NCBI GenBank assembly: GCA_010015585.1
Contig: ML975154.1
DNA from: Eremomyces bilateralis CBS 781.70
Lineage: Eukaryota
DNA: 64,000 nucleotides
Direction: 5' to 3' (one strand)
In this document: in pieces, positions 1 through 12,900 of the stretch
Numbering within the stretch: the first letter of the stretch is position 1
Layout: each line of letters starts with the position of its first letter
Notes under the pieces: model-generated
Seen by the model: the letters and a program-made list of their open reading frames with translations, nothing else
What the model was told of the DNA's origin: nothing
Database searches by the model: none
Program-made: the position numbers and the translations under genes

Positions 1-93
1 GTGGTTGATCATCTCTTTTGAGACGGGAAGTTGGATGAAGTAGTCCAGGGCGGCCTTATTCTGGACCGGTGTCGGGGGTGGTGAGAGCTCCAT
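1..93 (-). CDS. pcl1: Pho85-type G1/S cyclin (Pcl1/PclA family), 5' end only; runs off the window
   Basis: ATG at 93-91 gives MELSPPPTPVQNKAALDYFIQLPVSKEMINH, matching the N-terminal 'NxAALxxFxxLPVSxxMI' motif of fungal PclA/Pcl1 cyclins. Preceded by a pyrimidine-rich leader on the minus strand. Confidence 0.8.
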   Translation of the reverse strand, partial: MELSPPPTPVQNKAALDYFIQLPVSKEMINH

Positions 94-1899
94 GATGTCG
101 AGATCGTTTGAGATGTCGAGTCCTAATTAGGAAGGGGATGTGCCAGGGTGGTAGAGGATATATTCAAGGAGAAGAATGAAAGATCGGGAGATTGAAGTAG
201 ATTGCCGGGTGGCAAGAACACAAATGATGTATCGGCAGGCTCAATAAACGCGATCCTCGACAAGGTGCGTATTGACTTGAATAGTCAGGCTACAACAATA
301 GTGTTGCAGTGATGACCGGTCGGTGATATAACCCTTATCACGGATCGAATGAAGCCCAGGCCTTATGCGGATGCTGAAACAGGCTTAGTCAATAACGTGA
401 AGCAAGGAAGGATGACGATGAGCCACACAAGGCAGAGTGAGACAGTGAGATGGATAATCTCAGGTCCGGTCACCCTTGGCTGTGTGCAAGAGGATTCGAG
501 GATTAATTCCAAGGACTATTGTCGTTTAGATAGACAAGTCCTGAATAAATCTTCAATAAGAGAGTGGAATTGGAAGAGGTGGATGTGCGGTTGCGAGGGG
601 GATGCAACCCAGGAATGGAAGTGGAGGACCGGGAGATTAAATCCGGAAATGGCACGAATGTTCTGCCTTCTTTCTTGCCGGTGATGCACGAAGGCAAAAA
701 ACGAAGGAGAAAAACGCGTGTTTAGAAACCTGTTAGAGTCGAGGTTGGCGAGAAGGCTGACGTGGGTGCAGTGGCTGCTCGTTGTCCTTTTTGGAGTCGA
801 GCTGTACGTATCGCAACCGACCGCAGTAGGAGGGGTTGGCCGGTGCAGGACGTTAAGTGGGAGGCCGGATGCGGGAACGATTGCTAGTCCGGGGTGGTTT
901 GTGTGGTGAGGAGGGAGTGGTGAATGTTGAGTGGTGAGATGGTGAAGTGCCAAGTGGTCAAAGTGGTTGAGGTGGGTTGGTGGGCTCTCTGCGGAAAAAG
1001 GAGGCTTGGAAAGAAGGCTGGGAATGCTGGGAACACTGGGAGTGCTAGCCCGATGACGGCAGGTAACGAAACACGAGGAGGATAGGAGGCAGACACAAGT
1101 CCGAAACCAGAAATTAATTAAAGCTCTGCAAAACAAAAAGAAGTCGGTTAGTTGGTCGTGGTTGGTGAGAGGTGGAATGGTGGAACATGCACTGACTTTT
1201 GGGTCTGTTACGTCCTGCTGCTCAGATCCGGCCGAGAAGAGGAGGTGATGGGACTTGGTCGAGACACTGGGTGATTATATGAGAAAATTGTCTGGCTGGG
1301 TGGGATGGATGGCAAGAATGGAGGTGCGCCCCTATGCGGAAGGCCTCCTTGGCTGTGGGCAAAAGGGATACGTACATTATTGCTGTGGGGAAAAAAGGAA
1401 TTTTTGCCTCTTCTAGACTTGCGTGTCCAGATGGCGATGCGATGCAGCGATGGTGAGGATTGGGGGGTGGTGGGTGCAGGTGACGGGCGAGGCCAGCTGG
1501 GGGTCGCCGATTAGCCGGTCGCTGGTGCGGAAGAGGCGGTGCGGGCTGTGCCTTGGATGCCGACCAGGTCTAACCCTTGCGTCGACGATCGTGAAGGATG
1601 AACGGACTTATTCGTAAAGTCTAGCTTCCGTTCGGGTCTGGTGATTTGGTGAATGATAGATGGGTCCGTCGTTTGCTTTTCGGGAGCGTCTTGCGTTCAC
1701 GAGGCTTGGATGATCCAGAGGATGAGGGGAGAGTGAAAGGAGCTGGGGAAAAAGATCGGCTGTCACGCTGATATTATTGAAGTCGCTAGCGACGTAGAAA
1801 AATTAAATCCCTTCGACCAGGAAGGAAGGGAGGATGGAACGGAGAAGGCTGGAGGAGGCGGGAATTAATTGAATCGGATGCTTGTGATAAAACAATAGT
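94..1899 (-). promoter_or_regulatory. Putative long 5' leader of the cyclin gene containing at least one intron (1196..1126)
   Basis: CT-rich minus strand. GTCAGT donor at 1196, CTAAC branch site and TTTTGCAG acceptor ending at 1126. A second GTACGT donor lies at 1375. Almost no ATG on the minus strand. Confidence 0.55.
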
Positions 1900-4800
1900 C
1901 ATATATTCCTTTCTTCCCAAGACAGGAGAATGTCTGATACTAATACCATCGCCAACCTGCGTCCCCTGGATCAAACAAATCCCTCTCCATCCGCCAAATA
2001 AAGAGCAATCTCGAACTCCAACCTGCCAACCGTGACGCAGGAGCGCACAGCGCCAACTCGAATATCTCAGATGTCGAGTCCACCCCCTCTACCATTGGTT
2101 CGCAGCCGTCGCGCCAGGATCGAAACAAATGACCCCCAACCGCGACTATGACTTCCTCGCCAGACGCCAACCTCTCCATCGCTAAATTCTAAATTCCATC
2201 CTGACTTCCCCCCAAACCCACTCCACCCGACCGCCCGCATTCGCAGTTCGCACATGACGCCAATCAGATCCCCCCCTCCACCCGCTCCACCAACCGCCAC
2301 ACAAGCGCCAGCCCGTCCCTCCGCGTTTCACCAGCTTCCAGTCCCGGCCCCGCGTCCGCCAATCCCGTTTCGGATGTCCACTTCGCGGTTTCGCGCGCCC
2401 AAACGTCGCTTACCGATCCGCACTGGTCGGGTTGTAACTCCACCCCGTGTTTGAGGTAAGAGGTTGCGAGCGAAGGATGGTTGCGACGGTGGCCAACGAG
2501 GTGAGTGGGCAGTTTAAGGGTGTTGGGGGACGCAGGGAGAGCTGGTGTTGCAGATGTCGGAGCGGAGGGGGGTCGTTTGGCTGTGGTGCGAACTGTCATG
2601 TCTCATGCGTAGCTCAACATTGAACGATGTGCGGTGAGTTGGTGACACCATGGCGGGAGCCAGCATAGGAACGACGTGGCCATGAGGCATGAACATTGAA
2701 AGAGGCTGGTTCAATACAAGGTATGACTCGGAATTTGGAGATCGCGATCCACGGCCGGAGAACAAAGGAATATTCCCAGTGCTATGCATGGCATTTCTGC
2801 CCGAATTACTGAACGACGCGTCGAGACACGATAGGGAAGCCATGCAGGGAGAACAAAGGGTTCGAAAAGCCAAACATCAGGATCCTTGGATCGTCATCCC
2901 CTGATTCGATATCAGATTCTCCCTAGTTTCCTGTGTGCTCTGCGATCATGCTTCACAGACACTTGACATGTCCACACTGGTTAATCGAGGGATCAATCAT
3001 CCTCGGCAGTCGAGCATTATTTCTTGTTTCAACGTGACAGCCCATATTTGTCCCGCGCTCCACCAGAGACCCGACGTACATTGGCTCGTGGCGGTGGTGG
3101 CGAGATCGATTTGGTGTCCTCCGTCGCCCATCCGGAGTTGTGTCCCCTTCAGTCGCGCAAATTCCGCCGCAAGAATTCAATATTTCAAACAAGGATGGGA
3201 TGGCCAATCACCACAACGATTCCCTTACTCCGTGCTCCGCCTGTCCCACGGCTCTCCGTGGAGTATTCACGATCCATGGCATGATTTGTTCCAGATGCTT
3301 CGTCAGCTGCCTGGCTCATCTGCCAGCCATCCGAAACTGCGTCGTGGCCAAGACACTGCAGGGGGTCAGGGGTTACCAATTGTGGCTGTGACCGAAGTGC
3401 AGGGGTTCTCACTAGCCACAGCGGATCTGCCCTGTCGACCTGTCGGAACTCGGACCCTTCCGACGATTCAACACTTCTATCAAGCCGCCGGATCTGGCAC
3501 TAGGGTCGCCAATGACCGCAGCGACGCGGCGGGTGAGAGCCCAGGCGCCTCGCGAAATGGAGCCCGAGGCTGGACCGAGAGCCCCATCGCCGAACGCAGC
3601 GGGCTCTCCGAGTGGAGGGGAGGTACATTTGGGGTTCCAGACTGCTGGTGGTTAAAATTCTTTCGCTGCAGGATATGCAAATCAGGAGTCGTGGTGCTCG
3701 AAGGATCATTTAGTTTAGAATCCATTAATCAACTGCGGAAGGTGCATAGCAAGCAATAGTCTTGCATGTGGACTTTGCCCAGCTGGTTCAACACAGCTGG
3801 ACGGGGACGGCGATCCCGCTTTTTCCCTGACGGACTCCTTCACGCTTCGATCTATCGGATCATGCACGATGGGATCCTGGGGTAGCGCATCCATCCTCGT
3901 CCCTCGATTCACTGCACCGGCTCGACTTGTCCTCGAATTTCTAGGTTCTGACTTCGGACACACCAACGTCGATCAGCAGGAAAGTTCACCCGCCGCCCCA
4001 GGGGGACGGAGCATCGTTTGCCCTTCGATCCTCATAATCAGCTGTGCGCTCCGCGGAGGGGCGCTGCTGCGACGGAGCCACACCCGATGAGGCGGTGCCT
4101 ATCGTGAACTCAGCGGGAGTGTACAAACGTCTCTTTACGCGCGAGAAAGAACACGGGGGATGCATGTGAATTTTTGCACTGGGAGGAAAATTGAGGTCAC
4201 TTTTTCGCCAATGTCTTAGACATTGGGAATCCTAGCGTGCTGGTCCTGTTCAGCTGGATGGTTGTTCATCTGACAAGGCTCTGTGCTCCGGTGAACGCTC
4301 CTATCGTGAACATGGATCATGTGCAGCTGGAGGCGTGCCGCGTGGTCATGATGATCGTGGAAACCTCATCGCAAGGCTTGACTTCAAGCCTCAATAGCCA
4401 CTACCATGGTAACGCTTCACTCCTGACTTTAGGCAGCATGTTTCCGGAATTTGATATCCTATCGCGCTCTCGAACACAGGACAGCATGAAGACTGTCCTC
4501 CAAGCCCTATTTTAAGCCCGCTACACAAGTATAGCGTTCAACTGACCGGTAATAACGCCTGGCTGTGGATGACTGTTGAGGATATGATGGACACAGCCTC
4601 CTTGATGTCGTCGCGAAAATTGAGAGTTGAGACACATGGCCAACTAAGTTGAAGCACGGAGTGGAACTTGGAAGTTCTTGCCGAAGGGCTGAGCTTAGTG
4701 ACAAACAAGTCAGGAGCCCACATGATCTGAGACTCGGGGAATCTCACAATCTTTTTGAATGGCACTTACTCTCAAACAGTGACAAACACAAGTGTTGGGT

Positions 4801-5777
4801 AACACGATGAAAGATCTATCCTTACTCAAAATGCAGATGGTGCTCCGGTCTGTCAGGGCCTCAACGTGGTGCTATGCTAGCAGTTCAAGGCACCAATAAG
4901 GCGACCAACCACCATCCCAACCACCAGACGTGGAATCTTCAATACTCTTCTCTAATACTCAATATTCATACTATACGAAATGAACCTCCATCAACAACTC
5001 TCCATCCCATAGGCCATATTATTATCCCAGATCATCCTCATCCTCCATCAAGTCTTCCCGCTCCCCATCCTCAACCTTCGTCGCCCCATCTCCAGCCTTC
5101 ATCTAAGCGCCCTCCACTTCCCGGCGCTTCCCCTCGACCACTCACATCCCCCGGAGCGTTCGCGGCTGTTGGTTTCAACAAATTCTCCAAACTCCCTCCA
5201 GCGCGTGGTAATTGGTATATTCGACCTACTATGAAGTGGAGAGATGAATTAAATGTATACCCACGCAAGCGCCGGGAGCAGGTGGCGTTACTCCATCGGT
5301 GGTGGATGGAAGCGGTTTGAGGTATGTACAGGGTGATACGGTTTCATAAAGGTAGAAATGAGGTGGGTTAGAGGAGTTCGGATAGCTGTTTGGGGCATTT
5401 CTGAAAGAATTAGAGACCAAGAATTGAAGGTTTCATATCGAGTAGAATATATCCTGCGTTGATTGTAGAGCCTCAATTTTCGGATGGCCTCTTTCTGGAC
5501 TGTCTGCCTATTTTTAGATGCATGTTCGTCCTTTGTAGAGTTGGGATTCTGGCTTCATATTTCCTCTTTTCCTCAGTCTCTTTTCTTTTCCTCTTTGGCT
5601 CCGTCTGCTGCAATCCTTCTACATGTCACTGATTGAAATTGATCACTTCAAACTGATATCTCGCATAAGCGCCACATGTATAATTGTTGGTGTTCTTCGC
5701 GCGACTATTTGTCACCGGAGCAGGTCCGTTCGACCTAACGTATGCGCAATACTATCTCGCTGCACGGGTGGGCGGCT

Positions 5778-5795
5778 GATGATGATGATGATGAT
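5778..5795. repeat. (GAT)6 microsatellite
   Basis: Direct reading; about 30 bp beyond the 3' end of the LYS2 fragment. Confidence 0.9.
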
Positions 5796-5825
5796 GACGG
5801 ACGTGGAGGCTGTGCTGTTTTGAAG

Positions 5826-6976
5826 ATCCAAAGCTCGGTCGATTTCCCCGGCGAGACCACGAAGGGTAGGGAACTAGAATATAGCGGGTAAACGAAGGTC
5901 GACCGACCATTCCTTTCGGACCCGCCAGAGCATTTGCTGCCCCAGGTTGCTGTGTCCACCCAAGTCGGCGAAGTCACTCTCCGGTCCGATGACGTTCACA
6001 GGCGTGCGCAGCGCCTGGCTCCAGATCTTCCCAAGAGTCCTCTCCGTCGTCGACATGGCGGCCGTGGTGTGGGATGTCCTCCTCGGCATGGAATGGGCCA
6101 GTTCGTGGGGCTCGGGGAACGGGAGCGCGGGCCTGTCGATCTTTCCGTTCGGATTCAGCGGCATGCGGTAGAGAGGGACGATGACTGTCGGGACGGCGTA
6201 TACGGGGAGCTTGGTCTTCAAATGATCTCGAACATCGTCTCGCAGTTGTCGGAAGCGCCGAAGCCGGTCGACCATGCTATCTTCGCTCGCCTGAACTTCC
6301 AGGCTGCGGCCTGTGTCTTGCTCCTTCGCCCAGGCCTCTCATCGTTTCATGTCGGGGACAATGTAGCTGACGAGTTGCGGCTCTTCATTCGGATCCCTTC
6401 GTAGGAGGGTGACATTCTCGCGCACAAGCGGATGAGATGTGACGTGAGCATCAATTTCACCCAGCTCGATTCGGAATCCTCGGGTCTTAATTTGATTGTC
6501 CGCTCGCCCCGTGCATTCCACGTTGCCATCAGCTCGTCGCCTTCCCAGATCTCCTGATTTATACATTCGATCTCGTGGTCCCTTGTAGAATTGTCTCCAG
6601 GGTTCCGGCTGACTCAATGCTTTGACTCGTTCTTCATCTTCGACAACCCACTCTTCGGATCCACAAACCAATTGTCAACGAACTTTTGCTTGGTCAGATC
6701 TTCGAGTCCGAGATACCCTTCGGCTAATCCGCCAGCGCGGACATAGATCTCCCCCGTCTCACCAACATCGCAGAGGCGGTCTTTGTTCTCTCGATCGACA
6801 ATGAGCAGTTGGACATCTTTCATGCCTTGCCCAACAGGGATGACGTCACCGAGTGTGTCGAGATATTTCGGATCTGCGTTTCGGCTTGGGATTTCAAAGA
6901 AGCTCACCGCCCGTTGTGTCTCCGTCGTGCCGAAAAGATTGACAATGTGGACGTTGGGAGCCAGCTCTTGCAACCT
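5826..6976 (-). pseudogene. lys2: Internal fragment of L-2-aminoadipate reductase (end of the A domain plus the PCP domain), pseudogenised
   Basis: Motifs [76 protein letters not shown] and the phosphopantetheine site LGGHS. Broken by a 1-bp frameshift near 6652, an in-frame TGA at 6339-6341 and an in-frame TAG at 5874-5876. The N-terminus and the reductase domain are absent. Confidence 0.92.
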
Positions 6977-7823
6977 TGTCTTGCACCAGACCTTCAAATG
7001 TGCTTGACGACAAAGACAAACATCGCTTTTCTCTAGCAAGTCATAGCGAGCACCTCGTGGACATATACATGGACCGAGGGCTGGTCGATATCCCAAGAGT
7101 CAGGTTGGGCTCACCACACCTGTTTTCGCAATGTGGGAATGCTGCATATCATATGGATGCATATCATATGGCTTCATTAATCTTGTTGCCTGCTATTCGC
7201 ACTCTACATCGCGAGGGAGAACGATACACGTCTTCTCGCCAAATTTCTTCGATGGGCTTCACGGCTGATATGCCCTGTGACTCATCAATTGCGGCAGTCA
7301 ATGTTACACAAATTGGGGACTGGATTGGCACTCCAATCTCACCACTGCCTTTGGCCATGATGAGGCTGCAAGTTCCCGTTATTGGAATGCCAGAATATCC
7401 TTTCTCGAGTCACCATCAGAGATGCGCATGACCTGTTCAATATTGGAAAACCAGCCTTCTAGAATACAAGGTACAAACTGACTTATACTTTTCATAGAAG
7501 CTGGACATCGCAGTTTAACTATCTACGCCGCAGAAGCTATCAGGTTGATAGAAAATTCACAATACCCGAGCAGCCTGCTTGCATACATCTGTCAAGTCTT
7601 ATTGGATACTGGTGGGTGGCTTGCATACAATTATGCAGCTGTCCTCTGACCGGGTTCAAAAGTCCTTGGTGATAGGACACTCAGTGCACTCAGCCTGATA
7701 TTGATATCCGGATTCCAAAGCTTTCGACCGCTTTCGAAATGTCCAGTATCTCGTTGATAGTTTGCTCAAGGAATATGGAAACAAAGAGCATCATTTTTAT
7801 GAGTTATTCGTTTATGTTCGATA

Positions 7824-9950
7824 ATGGCCCTTGCTGGTGATCCTATATCTGAGAATACGGCGCTCTTGTCGTTGTTGGGCCCCGTCCTGGAACCAGTAAC
7901 TGAGCATGAAATACCCCATCGCAACAAACGTTACGAAAGTTCTTATCCACTCATATTTAAACATGAAAAGCAGCTTGCTCAGGCATTTGCCCTAATATTG
8001 GTGAACACCGACGATCCGAAGCGAGTTGGGGCCGTCTGCATAGAAGTCGCGGATGGCGGGCATCTTCAATTAAGGACAGCGGTGAACTCAGGGACTCAAG
8101 AAAATCGGAAAATTGCTTTTCATAAGGTTATGAACCACTTGAACTGCGACAACGGTGCGTCTTTTCCCGCTGAATAGTCTCTTGGCTAAGAGTGTTGGGG
8201 GACAGTCACTTCGAACTCTCTATTGAACGAGATGATTGATGTTTGCCGGCTGAAGCTCCTGTCTCGATTATGTTCGCACCATGCTCCCAATTCAAGGAAA
8301 TCGAACAGGCAGCCTATTATTCGCAAGCTGCATGAGTTTGTCCGATTATTCGACAAAATCAGGAAAGCACCGTCAGAACTGATTCCCCTAACTGAGCACA
8401 CTTCCTCTCTCGTCCAAGATTTTGACCGAATCGAGGAGATGTCCGCATCTGAGGCCAAATTGGGACAGCAGAAAACAAACCTTTTCCAGATCATTCATAG
8501 AATTAATGACATGCTGGCTGAAGTCGACTTGTTGGCCGTGTTAGGTCTACTAATGAAGCATGCCGTTGTTCCAAACCTCACTGAAATCACGGCCACTATC
8601 AGGAGGTTCAAGCAGCTACAGCAGTATCTCTTCGCTGCACGCACTCTTGTTTCTCTAATACAAAAATACCCCATCATCCGCAACATGACAATTCAAGGGG
8701 TTGAACTAGGCCCATTCATGGAATGCAATCAGGGTCCGCAACCTTCAGGGGTCCGTTCCGGCTTGTTCAGGCGCACGCTTGCGTCTAAAAAGTCAAAAGT
8801 CTCACGAGCATTGCTACGTCATATATATAAGGAGCTTCAGACTGACCAGGCAGGAATATTAGAGAACATCGACAGGTTTTCAGAGAGGGACAAATTAGTT
8901 CACGCGGAGATTCAGCTTCTATTCCAATATGAAGATTCCAAAGATGACATTGCTCTACCGCCCCGGGTCATCTGTTCCAGCAAACATGCATGCTTCTCTT
9001 GCAACCTGTTCCTGAGGGTACATGGCCGTTTCTACACGCCCGGCACCCATGGCCGCCTTTACGAGCCGTGGAGACTCCCTCACCATGACGAGCTTGGGCT
9101 GCCTGAAGAATCAATCAATGGGCATTTAGTCCAATTCAACAACGCCCTAGAAGATAGGATCAAGACTACTCTCAAGTCTGGAAAATCTAAACTGGCTTAC
9201 CCATGCGAGAGTACAATTTTCCACTTGGGCTCTCAAGCTTCCTCAGTTTTATCAGTGCATCGTCAGGCGCCACCACGAGCTGTGCCAGGAGCCGGTCAAG
9301 ATCAGCTCGAAAATGAAGATTCCAACAGGTCACTGGTGCAACCCGAGCCGGTTAGCACGTCTCCAAAACAAAAGCCTTCCTCTGATCACGGTGTCCAGCC
9401 CGTCCAAACGGAGATATCCCCCTCCGTTTATCTTGAAGATACGGACGAATTATCGGACCTAGCAAGTCTGCCGACTGTTGACCGTATAGGAAATTCGAAA
9501 ATCATCGACGTTCCTGAACCAGTGGATCAACCCGCTATTCCTCAAAGATTGGGGACATGCCGTAGTGCCAATGGTTCGTTTGTTTCGATCCTATATAGTC
9601 CGAAATCCAGGATTTCGATCGAGAAGACACATCCTTTGATCCTTGGCCCCCCCTTGATACTTCGAGTAGCCCCAGAGCAGTCGGTGCGAGTACACAGTCC
9701 ACGCATACACATGGAGTTGACATCCGGGGATGGTTGCACATTCGACGACACGTATGGCGAAGTCAGTGTCTTTATTGTAAACGTGGAATTGCTCGAGTTT
9801 TCTCAAGCGCTAGAGCGCTATAAACAGCAGGACATGGTGGACCTTAGTTTGCCACATGAATGCCCTGAATCCTTTCATGATATCCGAGAGCAAGATTTAG
9901 TCCTTCGAAAAAGACAAGATGTAGTCGTCATTCGGGTCCAGCCAGAGTGA
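7824..9950 (+). CDS. OTT_1508-like zinc-dependent nucleic-acid deaminase, 691 aa; exons 7824-8154 and 8206-9950
   Basis: Intron GTGCGT...GCTAAG...GACAG (8155-8205) joins the two ORFs in frame. Deaminase motifs VHAEIQLLFQYE and PRVICSSKHACFSCNLFL (HAE...CxxC), followed by the HGRLYEPWRLP motif typical of this fungal clade. Confidence 0.8.
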
Positions 9951-12900
9951 GATTTTACAGCTGCTATTCGACCAGACTATGGGGTTCGACAGACACTGCA
10001 TAAAAACCCTCAGTGCACACACTGGACGCTTCTTACTTAGAATTGTTGGCGGCAATATCTCTCTGGGTGTACTGGCATTATCCACGGGAATCGATTCCTA
10101 GACGTGATAGGACATCGTTCTTAAAGATTGATACCCTAGAACCAGGAGATTATGGGTCCATTCGCAATTCATTACCGAATGATTATCTTCGCGAGCCCCG
10201 CACGCTGGACTCCCACGAGGGGGAACGCCAACGCCAAATCCGCCCTAGGAACCTCGACGAACGAGGACTATCGACGCCACCCCAAGGATCCAGCAGTTCG
10301 TCACGAGCATCGCCACCCGGACCTCCGCAGGCGGGCACGCTAACGCCAAATCCACCCCCGGACCCCTGAGAAGAGGGACGGGACCAGGAGTATCATCCCA
10401 AGCCTCAAGCAGCAGGGCGGCAGACGGCAGACAGAAGGCTCCGTTGCCGCCGGTGCCGCAAGGAAAGCATGGCCGAGGGGAAAGTGAACGGGAATGGGGG
10501 CTCATCTGGTGGGAGGGGGTGGACGAGGTGAGATGCTAGGCGGATTAGAGGGGGGTTGGCAAATCACTCTGCCAGTCCATGGCCAGGAAATGCACATATA
10601 TGGATAGGATGGGGTGGATTTGGATCGTTGCGCGGGATTCAGGGGCTGGTCGGCCGTCACATGTGACAGTCAAATGACATCATATATCTAGGCTGGCGAC
10701 ATTTGAGAATACCATGTCTTCATCTAGGGGAATATATGCACTGGATGGTGCCGGTATAATCATAGCAAAGCGTGTTACTGATCCGGGAGACCTGACTGTG
10801 GCTTCAGTCATTTTCATGAACCGGTCAGGAATAAGTACAATGACGTCTTGTGGCCACTCCTCCTAGCATCCGTAGAGCGACTAGGATGATTCCAACAAAA
10901 TCGAGAGGTATAGAGTAAAGGAAAACGGAGAGGCGGTTCGAAGCGCTCTCATAAATCCTTGAACGATGCTGTACAATGAAATAGACGGAACGCTCTGATG
11001 TGCATGAATGAAAGGACCCCGAAATCCTGGGGAAGAAACAGCAATCGACAGAAATCTAACTATTCGCAATGTAAAACACCAGATGATATGGGACACGCTT
11101 GCAGAACAGCACCCATGAAACTAATCTAAAATTGCAAACACAAACTGTTCAAGACACTCGAAAGCGACAAAGGAGAGTCGGCGCAAGGAACGGGGTCACG
11201 ATCATCGTCATCGCCGGTGGACATGGGCCACCGAACGGTCAAGCACTTGAGAGTTAAGACATTCCGTTAGACCCTCCTCTTGTCGCGCATGAAATCATGG
11301 GGTGGATCGCGGAGGCGAAATCCCTGAGGATGATGCACTGGGCTCGTGGAGCATGGAGGCACGGGAACGGTTACGCCATGAGGTAATTGTCAGGTATGAT
11401 ATCGGAGAATCTAGATATTCAAGTATTAACAGGTGAAGCGTGGCCTGATTGTTTCGTTCTTGCAGGAGCAATGTAGTGATGGTTGCAGAAAAGCAGTCAT
11501 GATGTGTAACCATACGGGAGACTGAATCGGGTATGATTCTCGCACGGCATGCAAACAGTCATCCAAAAAGCAAATGAGACACGGTATCATGATGAGGGTC
11601 GCATATCAAATTCCAAACGAAACAATGAAGTCTTTGATACTAGCTTCCATCACTGACGTCCGTGTCTCGAAGGGCGATGAAAGGAATGGAGGAGCCAACT
11701 CCCGACGTTGGGATTGGCTTAGGTAATCTCCACGCTCCAATCCCGCTGGTCAGAACTTGATCCACATCTCTTCGATCAGCCAATGAAGAGCGATCGGGTC
11801 AGGTAACGCCGTAGGGATATTTTGCCGATTGGACCGATTGGACGGAAGAAGTGGCAGGGATCAGGGAATCGACGTCATTCGCGAATTGAGCGTCGATTCG
11901 GTCGGTGATCCTACAATTCAGGGGGGAGGGGGAGGACAATTGACATCATCCTTTTCCGGCTGATCGACAGGACCATGGTTGCAATGCCAACTATCCACTC
12001 AATGATCGCAAAGGCATCTGGTGAGTTGGTGATAGCCTCGTACAGGTGCTAGGGCGAAACATGAAGAGTCTGCGGACAGAAGAGATGGACTTTTACCATG
12101 TGGTAACCGAGCCGTGCACGAGTGGCACCAACAGATATCCAAGAACGAACTGGAATTCCATAAAGGTGAAGAGATTCGGATAGGACGCCCACCAGTATCA
12201 TCTCATCATGCGCGGAGCAGGAGGACAAAGGCACCGAACGCCCCCCACTGCATGTCTCGGGAAGAGGGTCGGTCAACTGGTCGAGAGCGTCGATCAGCCA
12301 AGGAAATGGAGAATGGATGGACCTCCCCGACGTTCTCGCCCCGTCTGTCCACGTCTAGACCGACTGAATGACACTGCTCTAACCCACCCCCCCGATGCCA
12401 CTGGTTCCATCTATCCATCTCCAGTCCCACCCCCAATATACACTGACCATACCACCGTAACCAAACATTCCTCCATCATCCAACGCCCATGCAAGCAATC
12501 GTCATGCAGGGTCCAGACCAACCCTCCTCCCCGGCCGCCACTGCAATGACACAGTTTAGCACTGCTCCCCCACCAATCCACGTCCACGAGGCACCTCTGC
12601 ACGTCGCCCATTTCATGCCGATGATGCTGCGATCGCCGCGTGGTGCGCCGTCTGCATTGGCCCGCCGTCGTGCAGGAGGGACATGACGTGGATCTTCACT
12701 CTGTTCGGATGGCGATACGGGGGAGGAAGGGAAGGAAGGGCGTCGATCTGAGGGATATAATTTCGCTGGTGGTGAGTGAGGACTGTCAGGGTCTAGGGAA
12801 ACGGGTAGTGGAGTGGTGGCCTTTCTGCTATAGAAAGAGTATGGATATAGGAACGGTGCACGCTGCTCCGTTTCCTATTTCTAGATTCTTATAAATGCTG

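Noticed and set aside
2935..3759. 274-aa ORF on the + strand
   Set aside because: GTG start, no recognisable motif, and an Arg/Ser/Trp/Cys-rich composition typical of non-coding DNA; probably part of the cyclin upstream region.
4874..5320. 148-aa His/Pro-rich ORF
   Set aside because: Translation of a C-rich tract; no family recognised, though a decayed gene cannot be excluded.
5874..5876. In-frame TAG codons as possible A-to-I editing (stop-to-Trp) targets
   Set aside because: The same loci also carry frameshifts and truncations, so editing could not restore a protein.
7143..7171. Short tandem duplication TGCATATCATATGG x2 next to a protein-like 64-aa minus ORF (7164-7358)
   Set aside because: Only two copies, and the ORF could not be assigned; treated as debris.
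10013..10500. ORF-like low-complexity stretch downstream of the deaminase, considered as an immunity/partner gene
   Set aside because: No credible ATG start, an in-frame stop and no motif; not supportable as a gene.
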